Part shown: in pieces, positions 1 to 8,739 of the stretch | How the letters are laid out: every line of letters starts with the position of its first letter | Position numbering within the stretch: position 1 is the first letter of the stretch | Source of the DNA: Mariprofundaceae bacterium | GTDB taxonomy: Bacteria; Pseudomonadota; Zetaproteobacteria; Mariprofundales; Mariprofundaceae | Assembly (NCBI GenBank): GCA_026994965.1 | Contig: JALWPO010000154.1 | Span: 163 to 64,162 of the forward strand | Direction: 5' to 3' | Length of the DNA stretch: 64,000 nt | Position numbers and translations under genes: made by a program | The notes under the pieces: model-generated | Told to the model about the DNA's origin: nothing | The model's input: the letters and a program-made list of their open reading frames with translations, nothing else | Database searches by the model: none

Positions 1-38
1 GCCTCTACACCATAATGAACAACCATATCAGGACTCAT
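1..38 (-). CDS. possible 5' end of fliQ, truncated by the left window edge (12 codons visible)
   Basis: Reverse complement of 1-38 reads ATG AGT CCT GAT ATG GTT GTT CAT TAT GGT GTA GAG GC, giving MSPDMVVHYGVEA. This resembles FliQ N-termini (E. coli FliQ starts MTPESVMMMGTEA, from memory). There is no clear Shine-Dalgarno and the stretch is too short to be certain. Confidence 0.25.
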   Translation of the reverse strand, partial: MSPDMVVHYGVE

Positions 39-653
39 ATTAAAGATATGAGCAATATGTGTACCAAGTTTAAAAGTTTATTTTATATGATAAATAACAC
101 CGCAAACAGTGTTTCGCAGATACTTGCTTTGTGATTTATATCACACCTCAAAATTATCATTTGTATTACTATGCGCGCCTTGGGGGCAATCATGCTTAAA
201 CATAATTCAAAGAACCGATACCGCCAAGCGGGGTTTGGTTGGAAGGTTTATATGGGTATGTTTGTCATTTGCCTTATCATTGCCTTTCTTATGGCATAAT
301 TCATCTAAGCCTTTACCTTGAGATGTAAAACTTCTAATTACCCACCATCAAGTTACTTTTGATACAATCAACCTTGTAAAAAGTTCATCTCGCAACCCGA
401 ATTCAATATCACACTATTTCTTATGCATCGTAAATAAATCTTTACTTCAACTATTCATTTTATACTAATATAACTTTGAAATGCCAAATACAAACACGTA
501 ACTTGTGATTATCCATAAGGCTATATATAAAGTCATACAGCATCTCATACTGAACAATCCTATTTTAATTTATATATTGGTACATAACTTGCTTTTATTT
601 TTTTCATATATCACACAATGATATATAAACGGCATCAAATAGAGGTTGAGATA

Positions 654-1976
654 ATGGATAATAATCAAACAAACCAAGAAGTTTTAACACTTTTCAAAGA
701 GCTTTCTTCAGGTAATTTTTGCCATCGTGCCAATGGCGATGATGATATCATCAAACAAGCCAATGCCTTTGCCGCTAATATGGAAGCCCGTATGTTGGAA
801 CAGTTAGATGATATGGTGGGCATGACTATGGATGCCTTTGAAACCACCATGACTATGGGGCATTTGGAACAGGATATTGGAGTATTAGATGATAGAGCTA
901 TGGCCATGGCAAGTGCAAGCGAGCAAATGAGCGCCAATGTATCCCATGTCGCAGAGCGGATTGAACAAGTTAATAGCAGTATCATTAATGCCAATCAGCA
1001 AAGCACTGATGCGACAGATGCTGTTGCCCATGCTGTGGATGCTATGAGTAATATTAATCACCAGGTTGAGCAAGCTGGTGAACGCGTAGAGGCACTCACA
1101 CAAGCTTCACACGAAATTGATAGCATACTTGCTGTGATAAAAAAAATATCAGACCAAACCAATCTGCTCGCTCTTAATGCAACGATTGAAGCAGCTAGGG
1201 CAGGTGAAGTGGGTAAAGGTTTTGCCGTGGTTGCCCATGAAGTCAAAGAATTATCCCAACAGACTAAACAAGCTACAGAAAATATTGTAGAAAAGATTCA
1301 TCGTATTCAACAAGATGTGTCAGGTATTGCTGAGTCCACAGATGGTATCACTCAGGCTGTGGAACAAGGCAAACAAAATATGGATGATTTAAATGGTCGT
1401 GTAAGTGAAATATCTACTGCTTTGGATAATATTACTACTGAAGTGGATCAAATTACCGAAGCCACCAATGACCAATCTGATGCTTCTCAAGAAGTGGCAT
1501 CTTCTGTGGCAGAAACCGCTACGATGGTCGCCAATGCAAGGCATGTGGTAGACCAAACATTAAAAGATACCGATGCTATGGAAAATAAACTGGTATCTGA
1601 AATCCAAGAATTTGCTGAAATGACACTTCAAGATGCCATCTTACGTTTGGCGAAATCAGACCATGTATTATGGAAAAAACGCCTTATCAATATGATTCTT
1701 GATCGTGGTGATATTGAACTCTCCACAGTTGCCAGCCATCATGATTGCAGGCTTGGTAAATGGTACGATTCGTTGGGTCAAGATGTGTATGGTCATAGCG
1801 AAAACTTCAAAAAATTAGCCATTCCTCATGAACAGGTTCATTCACTTGGTCGCCGTGCTGTTGAACGTTATAATAATGGCGATAAAGAAGGTGCAATTGC
1901 TGATGTAGAGGCTATTGGTCCATTATCTGAAGAAGTGGTAAATCTATTGGAAGCTTTAATCGCAGAATCTAGATAA
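654..1976 (+). CDS. soluble methyl-accepting chemotaxis protein with C-terminal CZB (chemoreceptor zinc-binding) domain
   Basis: MCP signalling hairpin is present ([43 protein letters not shown]). No TM segment. The C-terminus carries the CZB pattern H..W..(x)..C.LGKWY...PHEQVH. ATG at 654 is preferred over 618 because GAGG lies 8 nt upstream. Confidence 0.9.
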   Translation: MDNNQTNQEVLTLFKELSSGNFCHRANGDDDIIKQANAFAANMEARMLEQLDDMVGMTMDAFETTMTMGHLEQDIGVLDDRAMAMASASEQMSANVSHVAERIEQVNSSIINANQQSTDATDAVAHAVDAMSNINHQVEQAGERVEALTQASHEIDSILAVIKKISDQTNLLALNATIEAARAGEVGKGFAVVAHEVKELSQQTKQATENIVEKIHRIQQDVSGIAESTDGITQAVEQGKQNMDDLNGRVSEISTALDNITTEVDQITEATNDQSDASQEVASSVAETATMVANARHVVDQTLKDTDAMENKLVSEIQEFAEMTLQDAILRLAKSDHVLWKKRLINMILDRGDIELSTVASHHDCRLGKWYDSLGQDVYGHSENFKKLAIPHEQVHSLGRRAVERYNNGDKEGAIADVEAIGPLSEEVVNLLEALIAESR

Positions 1977-1977
1977 C

Positions 1978-3369
1978 TTAATCCTTCTGTTTCATTTGGC
2001 TACTACAGTGTAGTGCAGCTATTTTATAACATTCTGCAAGTGTTGGGTAATTAAAAACATTGCGAATCAAATCGTCAATCGTGCCATTGAGATTCATTAC
2101 CATTTGTCCAATATGAACCAACTCACTGGCAGATTCACCCACAATATGTACACCCAATAATTGGCGGCTATCTTTTTCAACCAAAAGCTTTAATAGTCCG
2201 TTAGAATCACCAATAATTTGACCACGTGCAGTTTCGCGATAATAACCAAATCCTGTGACATAAGCTTTACCTTGCTGCTCAAGCTCCACCGATGTTTGCC
2301 CCACCCATGCAACTTCTGGAATAGTATAAATAGCCATAGGAAGATGACTTGAAATAATCTTTTCATCTTCATTGCATGCGTGTAGCGCTGCAATACGCCC
2401 TTGCTCCATACCAGTCGCCGCCAAAGCTGGCGAACCAATCAAATCACCAACCGCATAAATATGGGGAATGTTGGTTTGAAAATATTCATTGGTCTGAATC
2501 CAGCCACGCGTATGGCAATCAATCCCCAACATATCTAGCCCTAAACCATCTGTGTTGGGAATACGCCCCAGTGCATAAAGCAAACAATCACTTTTAATTG
2601 CGCCACTTTCACTATCAAGAATCACCTTATTTCCTTGCCGAGTGATGGATTGAATCTGTGTATTCATCTGGAACTCAATACCCATATGCAGCATACTTTT
2701 TTCAAGATTTCTAGAAATATCATTGCATAAGAAGCTTAGAATTTTTGCATGCGAATCAACCATGATGACTTCAACGCCCAGTGACGCATAAATCGTCGCA
2801 AATTCACAGGCAATCACGCCACCACCCACAATAGTGAGCTGCTTAGGAAGCTCTTGCATATGTAAGATAGAGGTAGAATCCAACACGCGTTCTTTATCAA
2901 AAGGTATCTCGTTAGGGCGACGTGGTCGAGAGCCTGTAGCTAAAATAAATTTATCTGCACATAATCTTTGTTCATCACCACGCGGCGTTTTAATACACAA
3001 GGTGTGGGCATCTATAAAGCCCGCCTCACCAGGAATTAAGGCAACCCCATTACGTAACAGTTGACTTAAAAATACAGATTCTTGTTTATCAATAACGACA
3101 TCTTTTTGACGCACCGATTCGGATAAAAAATTATGCTGCCGTATTATATCTGGATGTACATTGCGCATACCATGGCTTGCTCCCATCGTGGCACTATAAG
3201 CTATTTCACGCAGTGCTTTGCTTGGAATGGTGCCTGTTTGTAATCCTGCACCACCAATACGGGCTTTACGCTCAATAAGACCCACGCGTTTACCTCGTTT
3301 GGCAGCTTGAATGGCAGCTCTATGCCCTGCGGGACCTGAACCAATCACCAGAATATCATAGTCAGGCAT
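1978..3369 (-). CDS. SthA-like FAD/NAD(P) pyridine nucleotide-disulfide oxidoreductase family flavoprotein lacking the redox-active disulfide
   Basis: GSGPAG FAD fold and a second Rossmann motif GGGVIACEFA. The segment GGAGLQTGTIPSKALRE parallels E. coli SthA GGGCTHWGTIPSKALRH but has no Cys. The C-terminus NYPTLAECYKIAAL is SthA-like. Start at 3369 has AAGGAG 5 nt upstream, and that Shine-Dalgarno overlaps the stop of the upstream gene. Confidence 0.85.
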   Translation of the reverse strand: MPDYDILVIGSGPAGHRAAIQAAKRGKRVGLIERKARIGGAGLQTGTIPSKALREIAYSATMGASHGMRNVHPDIIRQHNFLSESVRQKDVVIDKQESVFLSQLLRNGVALIPGEAGFIDAHTLCIKTPRGDEQRLCADKFILATGSRPRRPNEIPFDKERVLDSTSILHMQELPKQLTIVGGGVIACEFATIYASLGVEVIMVDSHAKILSFLCNDISRNLEKSMLHMGIEFQMNTQIQSITRQGNKVILDSESGAIKSDCLLYALGRIPNTDGLGLDMLGIDCHTRGWIQTNEYFQTNIPHIYAVGDLIGSPALAATGMEQGRIAALHACNEDEKIISSHLPMAIYTIPEVAWVGQTSVELEQQGKAYVTGFGYYRETARGQIIGDSNGLLKLLVEKDSRQLLGVHIVGESASELVHIGQMVMNLNGTIDDLIRNVFNYPTLAECYKIAALHCSSQMKQKD

Positions 3370-3379
3370 ATGCACTCCT

Positions 3380-3889
3380 TTATGTTGCATTCAAGAGCGC
3401 AAGGATGGCTTGAATAAGATCAGTGGGGGTAGGAGGGCAACCATGCACCACAGCATCCACAGGAATAATATCAGCAACACTACCCGCAATGGCATAATTA
3501 TCTTTGCCAAACACACCACAGTTAGCTGCGCAATCACCCATGGCAAGCACAAGTTTGGGTGAAGGCATGGCATCATAAGTCATCTCTAAGGCTGTTTTCA
3601 TATTGATACTCACTGGACCTGTCACCAACAGCATATCGGCAAAGCGAGGGCTGGCTGTAAAATGCACGCCAAAGCGCTCAATATCATAATAAGCATTGTT
3701 CGCAGCGTGAATTTCAAGTTCACAACCATTGCAAGAGCCAGCATCAACAAGGCGAATGGCAAGCGAGCCTTGAAAATGTTTGCGAATCGCATCCTTTAAT
3801 TCAGCACCCATGACTTCAAAAGCCTCACTGCTTTTTAATGGCTCAGTAATACTACCGATTTTACTGATTTGCTGTAAGATTCTTAACAT
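3380..3889 (-). CDS. NuoB/HyfI/HycG-like small subunit (one [4Fe-4S] cluster) of a group-4-hydrogenase-related complex
   Basis: All four cluster cysteines are present: GSCNGCELEI, GDCAANCGVFG, HGCPPTP. The 169-aa size is typical of HycG/EchC/NuoB. Confidence 0.9.
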   Translation of the reverse strand: MLRILQQISKIGSITEPLKSSEAFEVMGAELKDAIRKHFQGSLAIRLVDAGSCNGCELEIHAANNAYYDIERFGVHFTASPRFADMLLVTGPVSINMKTALEMTYDAMPSPKLVLAMGDCAANCGVFGKDNYAIAGSVADIIPVDAVVHGCPPTPTDLIQAILALLNAT

Positions 3890-3898
3890 ATCAGCACC

Positions 3899-5503
3899 TC
3901 ACACATCATGACCCGAATACGAGCAGTTAAACGATTTGTTCACCAATGGAAAATCAGGCACAGGCACTGTGCGCACAGCCAATTCTAAACCCAACCAATT
4001 GATGACTGATGGATCACGTACAAAATATCGATCGATTAAACCATCTGTACCAAAGCGTACCCAAGCAGCAATTTCTCCACGCCAAGATTCGATTGCCGCA
4101 AAGCCAGACACACCAGCTTCTGGAGCAACCCAATCTGTTTGGATACTTCCCTTTGGGAGGTTTTCAAGCATCTGAATAATCATGCGAGAGGAGCTCGCAA
4201 TTTCTTCAAATCGAACCCACACACGTGTAGAGACACCACCTTGTTCACCTTTTGGAATAGCAATATCGAGTTCATCATAAGGAGCGTAAGCCTCTTCAAT
4301 ACGTTCATCAGCTTCATGCCCTGAAGCCCGACCAACATACCCAAGCAGCCCAATATCTTTGGCATCATCCACACCCACAATACCCGCACCAATCACCCGT
4401 TGTTGAATCGATGCGGTATCCGCATAAATAGCTCTAAGATGCTCAACCTCTACAGCAATATCACGGGTTTGCTGTATAAGTTTCTGGCATGCTTCCTCGC
4501 TTACATCATGTGCAACACCGCCCAAGGTCAAAGTATTCATCAACAATCTGTGCCCAAAAACATCATGGTGTAAACGCGCCATATCTTCACGTAAGCGTGA
4601 GCATTGCACATGCATAAATGCAAATGCTGCATCATTGCAAATCGCCCCAATATCACCAATATGATTGGCAATACGTTCGCGCTCACACAAGATGCCACGA
4701 ATATAATCACAGCGTTTGGAAGTCATAACGTCCGCAGCATATTCGCAGGCTTGTGCAAATGCCCAGCTATGCCCCACGCTCGTATCCCCTGAAATGTGAC
4801 CTGCCAGCATCAATCCATCTGAAGCTGTCCGCCCTTGCATGCTTTTTTCAATACCTTTATGCACATAACCCAAGCGCTCTTCCATATTAAGGATTTTCTC
4901 ACCTACGGCTAAAAAACGAAAATGCCCAGGTTCAATAATCCCTGCATGCACAGGTCCTACTGGAATTTCATACACCGATTCACTCTCACAAGACACATAA
5001 TCATAATCCACCTGGGCTCGCCCCGCATCAGGCTGCATGGGTGAATGCCCATCAAAATCATCCAACAAAGGATGCGCATCTGCCTTCCAGTGTTCATGCT
5101 TAATCCACGGACGTGTATCAGGCATATCTTTTATGCTAATACCAAACATATCCTGCATATGCCGCTCCATACGGTACGCAGCGATATAGTGCTCACTAAT
5201 CGTAAGCACCTCGGGATTATCTTCTTGTAGCGGTGTACGCAGCAACACATGCCTATGCTCTGGATGAGCAAATGCCATATAGCTATACAATGTCTTCGCG
5301 TCATCATGCCTACCTGCCAAAGCTGCCCACACAGCCACAAAGCGCATCTCCAATCGTTTGGCTTCCTCAGCTGCATCCGCCCAATCCAAACGGCGAATTT
5401 CTAAACATGGCATATGGGCAGGATGATGATCTTCAAGGTATTGCGAATGAATACCATGATCACCCAAACGTTCGGCGAACCAAGTATTGCTTAATGCGGT
5501 CAT
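3899..5503 (-). CDS. NuoC-NuoD fusion / HycE-HyfG-like large subunit lacking most NiFe-ligand cysteines
   Basis: GPVHAGIIEPGHFRF, LGYVHKGIEK and RGILCERERIANHIGDIG are typical of group 4 large subunits. The N-terminal 150 aa are NuoC-like. The ligand motifs are degenerate (see findings). ATG at 5503 overlaps the upstream stop as ATGA. Confidence 0.9.
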   Translation of the reverse strand: MTALSNTWFAERLGDHGIHSQYLEDHHPAHMPCLEIRRLDWADAAEEAKRLEMRFVAVWAALAGRHDDAKTLYSYMAFAHPEHRHVLLRTPLQEDNPEVLTISEHYIAAYRMERHMQDMFGISIKDMPDTRPWIKHEHWKADAHPLLDDFDGHSPMQPDAGRAQVDYDYVSCESESVYEIPVGPVHAGIIEPGHFRFLAVGEKILNMEERLGYVHKGIEKSMQGRTASDGLMLAGHISGDTSVGHSWAFAQACEYAADVMTSKRCDYIRGILCERERIANHIGDIGAICNDAAFAFMHVQCSRLREDMARLHHDVFGHRLLMNTLTLGGVAHDVSEEACQKLIQQTRDIAVEVEHLRAIYADTASIQQRVIGAGIVGVDDAKDIGLLGYVGRASGHEADERIEEAYAPYDELDIAIPKGEQGGVSTRVWVRFEEIASSSRMIIQMLENLPKGSIQTDWVAPEAGVSGFAAIESWRGEIAAWVRFGTDGLIDRYFVRDPSVINWLGLELAVRTVPVPDFPLVNKSFNCSYSGHDV

Positions 5504-6963
5504 GCCCCGCCCCCAACAATCAATGCAGCCGCTTGATGATACCACTGGGATAGAAACATAGGGATGGATAAACCCAAAATCAGCGCCAAACCAAAATGAA
5601 TATATACTGGCATCATATTCACATGCACATGCTTGGCGTGTTCTGCTGTATCACCATATACCATGGGTTGCACAAATCGAAACAAGCCACCCATAGCAAT
5701 CAATAGACCCAATAATAAGGGCACAGCAAGCCAAGGATAGGATTCCAGTGTGGCGGTAAAAAGTAAAAACTCACTCATAAATACGCCAAAGGGTGGAAAG
5801 CCTGCAATCGCAGCTGTGCCAATCAATAAACCCCAGCCAATCCCTGGATGATGAGAAATCAAACCGCGAATCTCTGCCATTTTTTGTGTGCCCATCACTT
5901 GTGCTGCATGCCCAACGGTAAAAAATATGCCTGATTTTACCAATGAATGCACCGTCATGTGCAGCAATGCTGCAAAGGCGGCAAGCGGTGTTCCGATGCC
6001 AAATGCAAAGGTCATCAAGGCCATATGTTCAATGGAGGAAAAGGAAAACATACGTTTAATATCGCGCTGTTTGTGCAACGCCATCGCAGCAACAAGCAAG
6101 GATAGCAAACCAAAACCCATCATCATATGCCCTGCCATATCCGTATGGGTAGATCCATCGACCAACATTTTAAAACGCACCAAGGCATACAAAGCAAGAT
6201 TGAGCAGCAAACCTGATAATACTGCCGATACAGGTGTTGGACCTTCACCATGCGCATCAGGCAACCATGCATGCATGGGAACCAATCCCACTTTGGTGCC
6301 ATAACCCACCATTAGAAAACAAAAGGCAATGCCCATCACCGCTGGGTCTAACTGACCCGCATGTGCATAAAGCAATGACCATGTGAGTGCTTCATTACCA
6401 TGTCCAAGTATGGTTGAGGAAGTGAAAAATACCAAAATGGTTCCAAAGAGGGCAAGCGCAATCCCCATGCCGCATAAAATAAAATATTTCCATGCCGCAG
6501 CAATCGATGCGGGCGTGCGATACAACGAAACCAATAAGACCGTAGCAAGGGTTGCCAATTCCAATGACACCCAAAGCACACCAATATTATTGGTGGTAAA
6601 GCCGAGCAACATACCCAATTGAAAAAGTTGATACATGCTGTGATACAAGCGCAGGCGCTTTTCGTTAACGCGACCAATCTCAAGCTCATGCTGCATATAA
6701 GGCTTAGAAAAGATGGTCGTGGTCATACCTACAAAAGCCGTTAAAGAAACTAGGAAAACATTATAGGCATCCAAATAAAACCAACCATTGAATGTTGCGA
6801 GTGATGCCTGCCCTAACACTTGCAAAGCCAGCAAAATACTGAATGTAAAAGTCGTGACGGAAGTTAGGATATTGAGTTTTGCCGCAAGTTTTGGATTACG
6901 GAGTACGCCCAAGACCATGCCTCCGAGCAAGGGTGTTAATAATGTCGCAATAAAAAAGTTCAT
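5500..6963 (-). CDS. antiporter-like membrane subunit (HyfF/NuoN/Mrp-type, Proton_antipo_M family)
   Basis: 487 aa and polytopic. Motifs include WLPDAHGEGPTPVSAVLSG and SSIEHMALM..HSLVKSGIFF, characteristic of NuoL/M/N-HyfBDF proteins. Confidence 0.85.
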   Translation of the reverse strand: MNFFIATLLTPLLGGMVLGVLRNPKLAAKLNILTSVTTFTFSILLALQVLGQASLATFNGWFYLDAYNVFLVSLTAFVGMTTTIFSKPYMQHELEIGRVNEKRLRLYHSMYQLFQLGMLLGFTTNNIGVLWVSLELATLATVLLVSLYRTPASIAAAWKYFILCGMGIALALFGTILVFFTSSTILGHGNEALTWSLLYAHAGQLDPAVMGIAFCFLMVGYGTKVGLVPMHAWLPDAHGEGPTPVSAVLSGLLLNLALYALVRFKMLVDGSTHTDMAGHMMMGFGLLSLLVAAMALHKQRDIKRMFSFSSIEHMALMTFAFGIGTPLAAFAALLHMTVHSLVKSGIFFTVGHAAQVMGTQKMAEIRGLISHHPGIGWGLLIGTAAIAGFPPFGVFMSEFLLFTATLESYPWLAVPLLLGLLIAMGGLFRFVQPMVYGDTAEHAKHVHVNMMPVYIHFGLALILGLSIPMFLSQWYHQAAALIVGGGA

Positions 6964-7643
6964 TCGTCATCATCCTTTTGGATTAAGGATGATTGCATGG
7001 TATCAATTTCCATGGAATCAAATGTATTACGAATTTGAAAGAAAAATAACCCAAAAATCAGCGCCGCAATCAGCACATCAAAAGCAATCCCTATTTCAAC
7101 CACCAATGGCATTCCATTGGTCGCGCCAATGGCTGCGAAGAACAAGGAATTTTCCACAGCAAGAAAACCAATCACTTGAGTAATCGCTTTTTTACGGGTA
7201 ATCATCATCAACATACTGAGCAACACGCAAGCTGTGGCAATCGCCATAGAATTACGTGTCAATAATTCCGATGTAACCTCAATCGGCTGAATAATATGAA
7301 ATGAAAATAATGTAACAGCCACTGCAATCACCATGGTTATACCGCTGTTCATCAGTGGCTCAACTTCACGATGCACATGAAGCTTACGAATCACTCGCCA
7401 TAGCATCCAAGGTAGCAATAAGCCTTTAAGTAAAAACGTCATCATCGCAGAAATATAAAGCTCAGTTTCGCCTGTACTATAGGCCACCACAGCCGCTGTT
7501 GCTGCCAAGAGCAACCCCTGCCCTGCAAACCAACGTAAAACAGAAAGCATACGATGTTGTGCAAGAAGAGAAAATGAAATAAGTAAGGTTAAAGCTGCCA
7601 TGCCATCGATAATTTGTTGGGCAAACTGTTGAGAAAAAGTCAT
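6960..7643 (-). CDS. HyfE-like small polytopic membrane subunit (NuoK/J-related)
   Basis: About 227 aa and hydrophobic, with a GFLAVENSLFFAA motif as in HyfE. It sits between the HyfC-like and HyfF-like genes. The track start at 7697 is a TTG, so the ATG at 7643 is preferred. Confidence 0.7.
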   Translation of the reverse strand: MTFSQQFAQQIIDGMAALTLLISFSLLAQHRMLSVLRWFAGQGLLLAATAAVVAYSTGETELYISAMMTFLLKGLLLPWMLWRVIRKLHVHREVEPLMNSGITMVIAVAVTLFSFHIIQPIEVTSELLTRNSMAIATACVLLSMLMMITRKKAITQVIGFLAVENSLFFAAIGATNGMPLVVEIGIAFDVLIAALIFGLFFFQIRNTFDSMEIDTMQSSLIQKDDDE

Positions 7644-7791
7644 GCCCAGAGACCTCTGCACCGCAGTGATTTTTTGAGCGAACCAAGGCAAAAACAATCC
7701 TGAAACCGCAGTTTGCTGTTTGCAAATGAGGATTGAAGGGCTGTTTTTAACGCAGATGCAGCCAAAAAGGCGCGCGATGCTGAGATCTCGC

Positions 7792-8739
7792 TCATACAGC
7801 CACCTCCAGCATGTAGTGAATAATTAATCCCAAAAAAGCGAGCACAAAAGCAGCACCTAAATACTGTGGTACTTCAAACATTCGCAACTTCGCCATGGAT
7901 GTTTCCATCACTGCCAAAATCACAAACAACACCATTAACTTGGCAATCCATATCATCAAAGCCAATGCAATGGTCACTAAACTTGCATCACCACTGATGC
8001 CCCATGGAAAAAATAAATCGATGATGAGCGTAGCAAATAATAATAATTTTACCGCTGATGCCCATTCCATCAGGGCTAAATGTCGCCCTGAATACTCCAG
8101 CAACATGGCTTCATGAATCATGGTAAGTTCCAAGTGTGTGCTAGGGTTATCAATGGGAATACGCCCTGTTTCTACAATAGCAATCATCAACATCGCAACC
8201 AAAGCAAAAGCAATCGAAGGTTGAATCAATAATGGGGTATGCAGTGTATGCGCAATCATGGTTGTGAGATTGGTGCTGTGCGCGCCAATCGCCAATACAA
8301 ATATACTCATCAACATAGCAGGTTCAGCCAATGCGGAAAAAGTCATTTCCCGGCTTGCGCCCATGCCACCAAAGGCAGTGCCAATATCCATGCCTGCCAG
8401 TGATAAGAAAAAACGCCCCAAGGCTAACAGTGCAACCAAGGCAATCACATCTGCCGTCAAGGATAGAGGTGTATCCAGTAATAATGATGGGACTACGCTT
8501 GCCGCCATCACCGTTGCCGTAAATACTACATAAGGCGCAAACCGAAAAATCCATGATGCATGATCTGCCAGCACTACTTCTTTATTGAATAATTTTTGTA
8601 TATCACGCCATGGTTGCATGATGCCTGCGCCACGTCTGTTTTGCAGACGCGCTTTGACGGTGCTGACAAACCCTAGCACTAATGGTGCGAACATCACCAT
8701 CAGCACAGCTTGCAAAAGTTGGAAAAAAATAGAACTCAT
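7792..8739 (-). CDS. HyfC/HycD/NuoH-like membrane subunit
   Basis: The N-terminus LLQAVLMVMFAPLVLGFVSTVKARLQNRRGAGIMQPWRDIQKLFNKE is the HycD/HyfC signature. 315 aa, polytopic. Confidence 0.85.
   Translation of the reverse strand: MSSIFFQLLQAVLMVMFAPLVLGFVSTVKARLQNRRGAGIMQPWRDIQKLFNKEVVLADHASWIFRFAPYVVFTATVMAASVVPSLLLDTPLSLTADVIALVALLALGRFFLSLAGMDIGTAFGGMGASREMTFSALAEPAMLMSIFVLAIGAHSTNLTTMIAHTLHTPLLIQPSIAFALVAMLMIAIVETGRIPIDNPSTHLELTMIHEAMLLEYSGRHLALMEWASAVKLLLFATLIIDLFFPWGISGDASLVTIALALMIWIAKLMVLFVILAVMETSMAKLRMFEVPQYLGAAFVLAFLGLIIHYMLEVAV

Noticed and set aside
109-321. 70-aa ORF in the left AT-rich region
   Set aside because: It has a GTG start without a Shine-Dalgarno, Cys/Leu-rich low-complexity composition and no recognisable motif. 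It is likely spurious.
7644-7791. 148-nt gap inside the Ehr-like operon, considered as a possible small gene or structured RNA
   Set aside because: It contains only short palindromes (GAGATCTC, TTTGCAAA) and no convincing hairpin or ORF. Part of it may be coding if HyfE-like uses the TTG at 7697.
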